Of a stretch of DNA of 36,546 nt, positions 24,087 to 31,716 are shown piece after piece. The notes beneath the pieces were generated by a model. It did not search any database. It had not been told where the DNA came from and was given only the letters and a program-made list of their open reading frames with translations. This stretch comes from Methanolinea sp. UBA477 (lineage in GTDB: Archaea > Halobacteriota > Methanomicrobia > Methanomicrobiales > Methanospirillaceae). The DNA is taken from positions 5,357 to 41,902 of the forward strand of contig DAWO01000072.1 in NCBI GenBank assembly GCA_002509485.1, given 5' to 3'. A program made the translations under genes and the position numbers. Each line of letters opens with the position of its first letter. Within the stretch, counting starts at the first letter, position 1.

Positions 24087-24842
24087 TCATTCGACTGTGA
24101 CCGCTTCTCCTCCAATATATCCATAGAAGAACGCTGCAACGACCGCACCGACTATTGGACCGATAACGTAGATCGGGAAGTACACCCAGAGGTCCGGTCC
24201 GCCGAGCAACGAATCTATCAGGTAAGGACCGAAAGTACGGGCTGTATTCAGGGATGAGCCGGTGAGGTTGCCGATGGTGGTGATCACTCCTCCCACCGTC
24301 AGACCGATAACAAGCCCGGCAAACCCCTGTGGCGCTTTTTTATCCACCGCAACACCCATTATAACCATCATCAGGACAAAGGTGCCGATAGCTTCCGCGA
24401 GGATAGCCTGACCGTAACCTATCCCCGGGAATGGGGCAGTTGCGCCGAGTCCGCCCACCGTGACCGCGTCCATGCCGGCACTTGCGGCAAAGAGCAGGCT
24501 ACCGAGTGCACCTCCTATCAGCTGGGCAACAATGTAGGCGCCGGTCTCTCCGGGGGGAAACCTCTTGGTGGCCCAGAGCGCGATGGTCACTGCAGGGTTG
24601 ATATGGGCACCCGAGACCCTGCCCATGGAATAGATGACTGCAGCGATCACAATGGCGAACGCCATCCCGATGGCGAACCAGTCACCGAGCCCTCCCAGGG
24701 CGCCGATCCCACTATTGAATGGCGTGCCGGTATCAGTCCCTCGTGCAATCATAAGCGTGATGGCTGCGGCACCTGCCCCGAAATACACGAGGAGCGCAGT
24801 CCCGGTAAGTTCTGCAATGCAACGCTTTGCGAGATCGCTCAT
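24087..24842 (-). CDS. MIP-family channel (aquaporin/aquaglyceroporin-like) with NPA and NTA motifs
   Basis: 251 aa with six TM helices. SGAHINPAVT is the first NPA. The second motif reads SSLNTARTFGP, encoded by AAT ACA GCC on the minus strand at 24248-24240. Confidence 0.85.
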   Translation of the reverse strand: MSDLAKRCIAELTGTALLVYFGAGAAAITLMIARGTDTGTPFNSGIGALGGLGDWFAIGMAFAIVIAAVIYSMGRVSGAHINPAVTIALWATKRFPPGETGAYIVAQLIGGALGSLLFAASAGMDAVTVGGLGATAPFPGIGYGQAILAEAIGTFVLMMVIMGVAVDKKAPQGFAGLVIGLTVGGVITTIGNLTGSSLNTARTFGPYLIDSLLGGPDLWVYFPIYVIGPIVGAVVAAFFYGYIGGEAVTVE

Positions 24843-24846
24843 CGTC

Positions 24847-25056
24847 TCACTTCCCCTTTAGCGCATGGTAGCACTCGGGACAGAGTATCCGCGGGATCTT
24901 TGCCTTCACCCTCCGGGCCGGGAAGGGATAGCCCCCTTCCCACATATCGAGCTCTTCGCGCATGGCATGTTCGGTACAGAGCCCCATGCCGCAGATGATG
25001 CCGACCGCAACGGCATCCGGGGAACGCCCTTCCTTCGCACAAACATAACATTTCAT
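24847..25056 (-). CDS. Small Cys-ribbon protein, DUF2180-like
   Basis: 69 aa. MKCYVC, CGMGLC and CPEC give three Cys pairs. It lies 4 nt upstream of the MIP gene. The family name is from memory. Confidence 0.55.
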   Translation of the reverse strand: MKCYVCAKEGRSPDAVAVGIICGMGLCTEHAMREELDMWEGGYPFPARRVKAKIPRILCPECYHALKGK

Positions 25057-25081
25057 GGCTTTTCACCTGAATTTTGACAGT

Positions 25082-26581
25082 TCATACCGCTTCCTTCCAC
25101 TGGCAATAACAGTGCCGGAAGTCCATCAGCGCTGCCGATGCACAGTCCTTGCAGATCCTGGCCGGGGCCGCTGCGACCTCCTTGTGCAGGGCAATGATAT
25201 TGGTCATCAGGGTCGCGGTGACCGGCTCGCTCGTCAGGAGACACGGGTAGTCGGCGAGACGGAGCATCGCAGATGCACGGACCGTGATAGCGCAGGCAGG
25301 GTAGGCATACCGCTGTGGGTTCATCAGCACCTCGTTCTCGTGGATCGGCGAGAGGTCAATCTCGAACCCGGCAACTTTCGGTTTCAGCATGCCGTCCTGG
25401 CCATTCTGTCCTCTCCGTGCCTTGTCTACATACTTCCAGCCCCGGTAGATCATGTCCATGAAGTCGCAGTTATGCAGCTCGGCTGCCGCCCCTCTCCGCG
25501 GGTAGAGCTGGACATAGTTATGCCACCTCTTGGTGAGGAGGTCCACCACCATGATGGCGTTGAACCCGTCCAGCTCAAGCAGATATTCGGCAGCGCATGC
25601 CGACGCCCCGGTAGCGAGTGAAAGGATATCGTACTCGTTCTTGAACTTCGGCACCGCCTTTGTCAGGTTCCGGTCCATCACTTCGGTTGCGGCCTCGATG
25701 GTCGCCATGATGACGTCATCCTTGCACATGTTGAATGTGGACTGAGCGATATGGTGTGCGATGTCTCCGACACAGTAGGCGGGGATGGTGACGATATTCC
25801 CGTAATGGATATCATCATCGATCGCTGCCCTGACTGTGGACTCCATCTTCTTCCGGTATCCGGCCATGTACTTCCTGCAGTCGAACGAGGTCATGCCAGC
25901 ATCGTCCATCAGCCGAGCCTGGGTCTCGACCGGCTCATCATAGATCGCCTGGAGCGTCGTTATCTCGGCCTTCACCGCATCGGCAAGAGTGGCGCCCTTT
26001 TCGGTCTCATGGGCAAACACCTCGCCTATACCGTAGGACGTGTTCATTCCCCACGACTTCGAGGCAAGGATCGCCTGTTTATGCGCTACGGGGATATCCA
26101 CGGTCTTAAGGATCTGGTTGACCACGTTGCTGGTGCTCCCGGGGATGAGCGCAAAGTCCACCACACAGGTCGGGCCATAGAATCCCGCATACCGGCGAGC
26201 AGATTCCCGGCCGATCAGCGCCTCGGACTTTCCGATCGCTTTCACAAATGCATCGACGCTCTTTCTGAACGCATGATCCTGGTCATACAGGATCTCCAGG
26301 ACAACCGGTGTCTGGTAGTGCTCTACGAAGGGATCGTCCTCAGGCCTTACGGTCTTTGTCAGCCCTTCGAGGACGTCGAAATGGGCTTCGACCGAACTGG
26401 TATGAAGATCGAAGACCGCCTTGGACTGGTCCCCGACTGGCTTCATCTTGTTCACGGCATCAAGGTACACCCTGGCATCGTCGACGACGAATGGCTGTCC
26501 CCGTTTCTTCTTTATGGCCCCTACGTCTGCCCTCTGGGCAGCCATCGCTTCGTCAATCATCTTTTTATAGAGTTCTTTCAT
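25082..26581 (-). CDS. Large uncharacterised archaeal protein, DUF2193-like
   Basis: 499-aa intact ORF with no catalytic family I can name. C-terminal Cys cluster is CKDCASAALMDFRHCYC. The family name is from memory. Confidence 0.5.
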   Translation of the reverse strand: MKELYKKMIDEAMAAQRADVGAIKKKRGQPFVVDDARVYLDAVNKMKPVGDQSKAVFDLHTSSVEAHFDVLEGLTKTVRPEDDPFVEHYQTPVVLEILYDQDHAFRKSVDAFVKAIGKSEALIGRESARRYAGFYGPTCVVDFALIPGSTSNVVNQILKTVDIPVAHKQAILASKSWGMNTSYGIGEVFAHETEKGATLADAVKAEITTLQAIYDEPVETQARLMDDAGMTSFDCRKYMAGYRKKMESTVRAAIDDDIHYGNIVTIPAYCVGDIAHHIAQSTFNMCKDDVIMATIEAATEVMDRNLTKAVPKFKNEYDILSLATGASACAAEYLLELDGFNAIMVVDLLTKRWHNYVQLYPRRGAAAELHNCDFMDMIYRGWKYVDKARRGQNGQDGMLKPKVAGFEIDLSPIHENEVLMNPQRYAYPACAITVRASAMLRLADYPCLLTSEPVTATLMTNIIALHKEVAAAPARICKDCASAALMDFRHCYCQWKEAV

Positions 26582-26677
26582 TTGATTTCACCTTCGAAAC
26601 ACCACCCTGGAGAGTTTTCCTTGTTCGGAGAGGTGTTAATTGTCCAATACCTTCCCCATGATATATCAATGTTGTTC

Positions 26678-26685
26678 AAAAAAAA
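26678..26685 (-). terminator. T8 tract (minus strand) downstream of the FTR-like gene
   Basis: A plus-strand A8 run sits 110 nt after the FTR-like stop and upstream of the TGATATATCA element. Confidence 0.4.
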
Positions 26686-26795
26686 GTTGAATTGGATTTT
26701 CTACCGGCTTACCCTTCAGAAGTCATACGTAGTTTATCATCCAGGGGATGAAGAAAGGGGGATACATTTTTTAGTTCCATGCCCTGTTTTGCTTT

Positions 26796-27122
26796 TCACG
26801 GACCTGGCCCGAAGAAGAGATTGCAGTGGCAGTGACCGTCTTTGATGACCTCGTCCTGGTGATAGATACAGGGACAGATGATATCCTGACCTTTTTCCGG
26901 GTCACCGCTCCGAATCCGGCACGGACAGTACGGTTTTCCGAATCTCTTGCAGTTCCGGACAAGACCCCGAATAACCAGATCCAGGACACGGGAATCGGGG
27001 TTGAGTTCCCAGCCATGGTCCTCCGCATATCCTGCAGTTGCTCGGTGTATCGCCTCTTCAAGCTTCCCGGAATCTGTATCGGGATCACAGGGTACGTGAA
27101 ATGATTTCACCGTTGGCATCAT
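26796..27122 (-). CDS. Ferredoxin:thioredoxin reductase catalytic-subunit-like protein
   Basis: 108 aa carrying the CPC...CPC...CHC signature (YCPCRIRSG, IICPCIYHQ, GHCHCNLF). GGAG lies 6 nt upstream of the ATG. Confidence 0.85.
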   Translation of the reverse strand: MMPTVKSFHVPCDPDTDSGKLEEAIHRATAGYAEDHGWELNPDSRVLDLVIRGLVRNCKRFGKPYCPCRIRSGDPEKGQDIICPCIYHQDEVIKDGHCHCNLFFGPGP

Positions 27123-27175
27123 CCATTCTCCGGGTAAAACTGTTTATAGGAAAAGATATTTTATATTTGTTTGAA
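27123..27175. promoter_or_regulatory. 53-bp divergent promoter region with two TATA-like elements
   Basis: TTTATA at 27143-27148 lies about 30 nt before the arsR ATG at 27176, which implies a leaderless or very short leader. ATTTTATATTT at 27158-27168, read on the minus strand, lies about 40 nt before the FTR-like ATG. Confidence 0.4.
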
Positions 27176-27580
27176 ATGTCCAATCAACAGCCACGCTCCC
27201 GGATGGTGCTTAAAGATGTGGGGGATCTCTCAATTCCGAAGGAGATCGCAGACTCTATCTGTTCATGCGGGGGCGTCGAGGGCCTGATCGAGAGTCTCCC
27301 GCCCGATGATTCCATAGAGCGTATGCAGAGGTGGTACCAGGCCTGTGCAGATCCCGTCCGTCTGAAGATCCTCTCCCTGCTCATGGTCCGGCCGCTCTGT
27401 GTCTGCGTGATCAAGGCGGTGCTTCAGATGGCCGACTCAAAGCTCTCGTACCACTTGAACATCCTGAAGAAGGCCGGGATGATCAAAGGGGAGCAGCAGG
27501 GCTATTATATCATATATAATCTCACAGACCAGGCGCGGATGTTTCTCGAGAGGGAGAGAGAACGTTTTTCATCCAGCTGA
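27176..27580 (+). CDS. arsR: ArsR/SmtB-family metalloregulator with a CVC motif
   Basis: The start is placed at ATG 27176 (134 aa). ADPVRLKILSLL, PLCVCVI, SKLSYHLNILKKAGMI and an extra N-terminal CSC. Confidence 0.85.
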   Translation: MSNQQPRSRMVLKDVGDLSIPKEIADSICSCGGVEGLIESLPPDDSIERMQRWYQACADPVRLKILSLLMVRPLCVCVIKAVLQMADSKLSYHLNILKKAGMIKGEQQGYYIIYNLTDQARMFLERERERFSSS

Positions 27581-27624
27581 CCAGTGCCGCAAAAGAGTAT
27601 GATTTCCAGGCCCCGACGTGTTGA

Positions 27625-28023
27625 TCAGGTATTTTTTGCCATCCGTGCAATCTCTTCAGGCTGCAGTCCTGCACATCGATCATCGGTTGCCACGGATGCC
27701 ATCAGATCTTCATCAGCCTCGAGGACGGAGGTGAGATCCCGGACGAATGCACGGAGGGGGGGGTTATCCGGAAGAGCTTTGCTGTAATACATCCATTGAC
27801 CCTCCCGGCGGGCATTCACAAGACCTGCATGGCGGAGCACGGTCAGATGACGCGAGACCTTTGTCTGGGACATCCCGAGGGCGACCTGTATCTGGCAGAC
27901 GCAGATCTCGCCCTTTCCCAGCAGAAGATAGATTCGGAGCCGTGTCTCATCCGAGAGGGCCTTAAAAATTGTCGTATAGGTGTGAAGACCCGGGGCATCT
28001 GTTCGTTCCGTGCGGTCTTTCAT
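27625..28023 (-). CDS. arsR: ArsR/SmtB-family metalloregulator with a CVC motif and an extended C-terminus
   Basis: 132 aa. LSDETRLRIYLLL, EICVCQI and TKVSRHLTVLRHAGLV. It lies 40 nt downstream of the permease gene on the same strand. Confidence 0.85.
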   Translation of the reverse strand: MKDRTERTDAPGLHTYTTIFKALSDETRLRIYLLLGKGEICVCQIQVALGMSQTKVSRHLTVLRHAGLVNARREGQWMYYSKALPDNPPLRAFVRDLTSVLEADEDLMASVATDDRCAGLQPEEIARMAKNT

Positions 28024-28063
28024 ATTTCAATCTCACCGTATGGAGGGATATACCCTGGGATGT

Positions 28064-29263
28064 TCATGCAATAATCCCTGAAACCTGGATAAGCTGGAAC
28101 GCGACTCCGGTGATAACTGCGACTCCCAGGATTGTGATGACGAACGCCGCGACCAGCCTTCGCTCGAAGATAGAGGCAAGCAGGGTAACTTCGGGTATGC
28201 TTGCTCCCGCACCTCCAATAATAAGGGCCATGATCGCACCGATTCCCATCCCCTTTGCAAGGAGCACGGCGCTGATGGGGATGATCGTCTCTGCCCTGAT
28301 GTACATAGGAATGCCGATGACAGCGGCAACCGGGATAGCGAGGGGATTATCGGGGCCGGCAATACCGACAATCAGGTCTTCGGGAACAAACCCATAGATA
28401 AAGGCCCCTATTGCGGCTCCCAGGATAAGGTAGGGCAGAACCTGCCGGAAAAGCGACAGGGCAAACCTGGAGGCGGACCGGAACCTGGTGCGATGGATCG
28501 AGGTATCCGAACCCTCCCGGGATTCGGGTGGGCCCTCGGGATTGGGGACCGTTTCAGAGCCGCACGAACACCCGCCTGTGACCAGTTTCAATCCGGTTGA
28601 GGTGATCTCCGAACTGCTGGCAACTGTTGAAGGGGATGTATTTTCGGAGCAACAGGTGGCTGGTGAAGGCGACGTGTCTTCGCAACAACCGGAACTGACC
28701 GGTGGGGGTGAAGGCGTCTCCTGACAGCAGGTGACCGGTGCGACTGGCACCGGACTGGAGGCGCATGAACATCCGATAGATGATTCTGCAGCGGCTGAAT
28801 GGTTTTGCCTGCCCGCTATAACCGGTTTCACAAAACGCAGGTAATTTCGGCGTTCAAGGGAAAGTCCGGCGAGGACTGCGATACAGAATGTCATGACGCA
28901 GTACATGAGAGTCAGTGACGGGCCGAGGAAGGCAAGGATCAGGAAGACGATGACCGGGTTTAGGAGGGGTGATGCGAAGAGAAAAGCCATGCACGCCCCA
29001 AAAGGCACCTTTGAGTTGATCAGGCCGACGAGGAGAGGAATCGTGGAGCAGGAACAGAATGGGGTGAGCGCCCCGAAGAAGGCACCCATCGCTGTCCCGG
29101 TAACCCGATGCCTGGTGGAGAGCGTTCGCCTGATCTTCTCTTCAGGAACGTATTCCTGGATAAGACCCACAAAAAAACTGACTGCGATAAAGAGAAGGAC
29201 CAACTCTGCGGTGATGATAAGAAAAAATTCGCCTGCAGTGAAGAGATCGTTGATAGCTGTCAT
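28064..29263 (-). CDS. DUF318 / ArsP-type permease with a Cys-pair-rich central loop
   Basis: 399 aa. The TPFCSCSTIPL motif sits in an early TM helix. A hydrophilic loop of about 110 aa carries CSC, 3 x CC and CSC. Confidence 0.75.
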   Translation of the reverse strand: MTAINDLFTAGEFFLIITAELVLLFIAVSFFVGLIQEYVPEEKIRRTLSTRHRVTGTAMGAFFGALTPFCSCSTIPLLVGLINSKVPFGACMAFLFASPLLNPVIVFLILAFLGPSLTLMYCVMTFCIAVLAGLSLERRNYLRFVKPVIAGRQNHSAAAESSIGCSCASSPVPVAPVTCCQETPSPPPVSSGCCEDTSPSPATCCSENTSPSTVASSSEITSTGLKLVTGGCSCGSETVPNPEGPPESREGSDTSIHRTRFRSASRFALSLFRQVLPYLILGAAIGAFIYGFVPEDLIVGIAGPDNPLAIPVAAVIGIPMYIRAETIIPISAVLLAKGMGIGAIMALIIGGAGASIPEVTLLASIFERRLVAAFVITILGVAVITGVAFQLIQVSGIIA

Positions 29264-29508
29264 TATAATATTACTATAATCGAATATTCAAATATACTTA
29301 TCTGTTCATTCCTTCCGAAATTTTTTTGAGAACCATTCCTATACTTTCATGCCCTGGCGGAGATCCTGGCGCCGCAAACTGATCCGATTGAGAATGAGGG
29401 ATATAGCGATCGGTTCATGAAAGCATCTCAAAACAGCTCACAGAAAAATGTTCGCCCTGTCCCTTCATTCCGCAAAGCCTAATTCTTTTCAATTCCCAGG
29501 AATCAGGT

Positions 29509-29727
29509 ATGCAGTCGATAGATGGATACACCGATTATACCCGCCGGGAATATTGTCATGACATACAATGCCCGGTTCAAATGCTCTTAGATAAAGAAGT
29601 GGAAAAATCTCCGAAATATGAAGAGATCCGGTCGATATGTGCATCAAATTGTCTGCACACAACCCATGGATTCCATCGGTGGCTGATCGAGAAGGGATAC
29701 CTCATAGTCAGGCCAAAGGAAGAATAA
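29509..29727 (+). CDS. Hypothetical small 4-Cys protein
   Basis: 72-aa ORF with Cys at positions 16, 21, 44 and 48. Protein-like composition. No family recognised. Confidence 0.4.
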   Translation: MQSIDGYTDYTRREYCHDIQCPVQMLLDKEVEKSPKYEEIRSICASNCLHTTHGFHRWLIEKGYLIVRPKEE

Positions 29728-29777
29728 TCCCAACTTTTTTACAATTGTGTATTCATTACTTCTCGTGAAGTGTCCCC

Positions 29778-30602
29778 ATGCCAAACGCGTATCTTGATAC
29801 TGGAATTCAGAGCCGGATGAACCGGATCATCAATCCGAAGGATAACCGGGTCGTTATGCTTGCGGTAGACCACCCCTATTTCCAGGGGCCTACCACAGGC
29901 CTGCGGAACATGAGCAACACCATAAAGACACTCCTTCCCTACTGCGACTGCCTGATGACGACACGCGGGGCGGTTCGGAGCAATATCGCACCGGAAGACC
30001 TCGGGTCAAAACCCGTCATGTTACGGGTTACCGGGGGAAACAGCGTCTTGTTCGAGGAGTTGAGTGATGAAAGGCTCACGGTCACCATCCGGGAAGCCAT
30101 CAGGATGGATGCGGCCGGTGTCGCAGTCAGCGTGTTCATCGGCTCTGCCAACCAGCAGCAGACCATCATCAATCTCACCGACATGATCAACCAGGCCGAG
30201 GAATTCGGAATTCCGGTCCTGGCTGTAACGGCCGTCGGGAAGGACATGGTCCGTAACCTGCGCTACCTGGGGCTTGCATCCCGTATCTGCCAGGATGCCG
30301 GGGCCCGGATCATCAAGACCTACTACTGCGAGGATTTTTCAAGACTGGTCGACTACGTCGCTCCCACTGCCGTCGTCGTTGCAGGAGGAAAGTATTCAAG
30401 TCCGCCCGACGCTCTCCGGATGGCCTACGACTCCGTCCAGGCGGGTGCGGCAGGAGTCGATTTCGGGCGGAATATCTTCCAGGATGACAATCCGGTCGGC
30501 ATGATCAGGGCAATCCGTGCAATCGTCCATGACGATCATACGGTAAAGGAAGCCATGGATATCTACAATGCATATCTGCCCGATGCATCAAAACTCGACT
30601 GA
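29778..30602 (+). CDS. Class I aldolase, DhnA/FbaB/ADH-synthase (DeoC/LacD-like) family
   Basis: 274 aa. It aligns by eye to archaeal MJ0400-type proteins: AVDHPYFQGP, AIRMDAAGVAVSV, the Schiff-base Lys context ARIIKTYY, VVVAGG and AAGVDFGRNIFQ. Confidence 0.7.
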   Translation: MPNAYLDTGIQSRMNRIINPKDNRVVMLAVDHPYFQGPTTGLRNMSNTIKTLLPYCDCLMTTRGAVRSNIAPEDLGSKPVMLRVTGGNSVLFEELSDERLTVTIREAIRMDAAGVAVSVFIGSANQQQTIINLTDMINQAEEFGIPVLAVTAVGKDMVRNLRYLGLASRICQDAGARIIKTYYCEDFSRLVDYVAPTAVVVAGGKYSSPPDALRMAYDSVQAGAAGVDFGRNIFQDDNPVGMIRAIRAIVHDDHTVKEAMDIYNAYLPDASKLD

Positions 30603-30644
30603 ATCTCTAAAATTTTTTAAAATGTACTTTCCACGGTGAATACA

Positions 30645-31700
30645 ATGAAAGCAGCGGTCTATTACTCGAACAGTGACATCCGGATCGAAGATGTTGAAGA
30701 CGTAACCGCGGGACCAGGTGAAGTCAAGGTAAAAATCATGGCATGCGGGGTCTGCGGGTCTGATGTCATGGAGTGGTACCGGATAAAGCGTGCGGGAAGA
30801 CCCGGTGGTATCGGTGCATTCGGGCACGAATGCACGGGAATCATCGAAGACATCGGGCCCGGTGTTGATCCGAGATGGAAGCTGGGAGACCGTGTCGCAG
30901 TCACCCATCACGTGCCATGCAATACGTGCGATGCCTGTATCCGCGGGCATACGACCGCATGCGATACGCTGCATACAACAAAATTCAAGAATGCGTACGG
31001 GGCGTTTGCAGAATACGTGGTGCTGCCCGCAATCAACGTCGACCGGGGTATTTTACGCCTTCCCGAATCGGTCTCTTTCGATGCGGGGACCTTTGTCGAA
31101 CCCCTTGGGTGCGTGGTGCGTGGGCAGCGAATGGCCCCGACCGGTGACGGCCGGTCGGTCCTGATCCTTGGAGCCGGGATAACGGGGCTGTTGCATCTCC
31201 AGGCGGCCCGGCAAAATGGCGCGGGCTTCATCGCCGTCTCCAATCCGAGCCCGGAACGGCTCGGGATCGCCCGGCAATTCGGTGCCGATGCAACAATTTC
31301 CGCCAAAACTGAAGATGTCCCGGAGAGGTTCAAAGAGTTAAATGGCGGATCGGGCGCAGACACCGTCATAATGACCGCACCGGTCCCCGTATGCGTGAAA
31401 CAGTCGCTAGACGCGGTCGGGCCGGGGGGCACGATACTCTTTTTCGCCCCCACGAATCCTGATGTCCAGTCCGGGATCAACCTCTGGAACCTGTGGCAGA
31501 AGGAGGTGACGATCACCCATTCCTATGCGGCCGATTATCATGACCTGTCAACTGCCCTGATATGGATCCAGTATGACAGGATCAACGTAGCCGACATGAT
31601 AACCCAGATCTTTCCATTAAAAGATACGGTCGAGGCTTTTTCCCTGACTGCCCGGCACCGGGATGGGAGCCTGAAGGCAATCGTCCATCCGCAGGAATAA
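30645..31700 (+). CDS. Zinc-dependent alcohol/polyol dehydrogenase (MDR family)
   Basis: MKAAVYY start (an in-frame GTG at 30636 is also possible). GVCGSD, GHECTG, structural-zinc CNTCDACIRGHTTAC, and a Rossmann GAGITG. Confidence 0.85.
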   Translation: MKAAVYYSNSDIRIEDVEDVTAGPGEVKVKIMACGVCGSDVMEWYRIKRAGRPGGIGAFGHECTGIIEDIGPGVDPRWKLGDRVAVTHHVPCNTCDACIRGHTTACDTLHTTKFKNAYGAFAEYVVLPAINVDRGILRLPESVSFDAGTFVEPLGCVVRGQRMAPTGDGRSVLILGAGITGLLHLQAARQNGAGFIAVSNPSPERLGIARQFGADATISAKTEDVPERFKELNGGSGADTVIMTAPVPVCVKQSLDAVGPGGTILFFAPTNPDVQSGINLWNLWQKEVTITHSYAADYHDLSTALIWIQYDRINVADMITQIFPLKDTVEAFSLTARHRDGSLKAIVHPQE

Positions 31701-31716
31701 TTTTTTTGAAATTTTT
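31701..31716 (+). terminator. T7 and T5 tracts immediately after the dehydrogenase stop
   Basis: taa tttttttgaaattttt. Confidence 0.45.
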
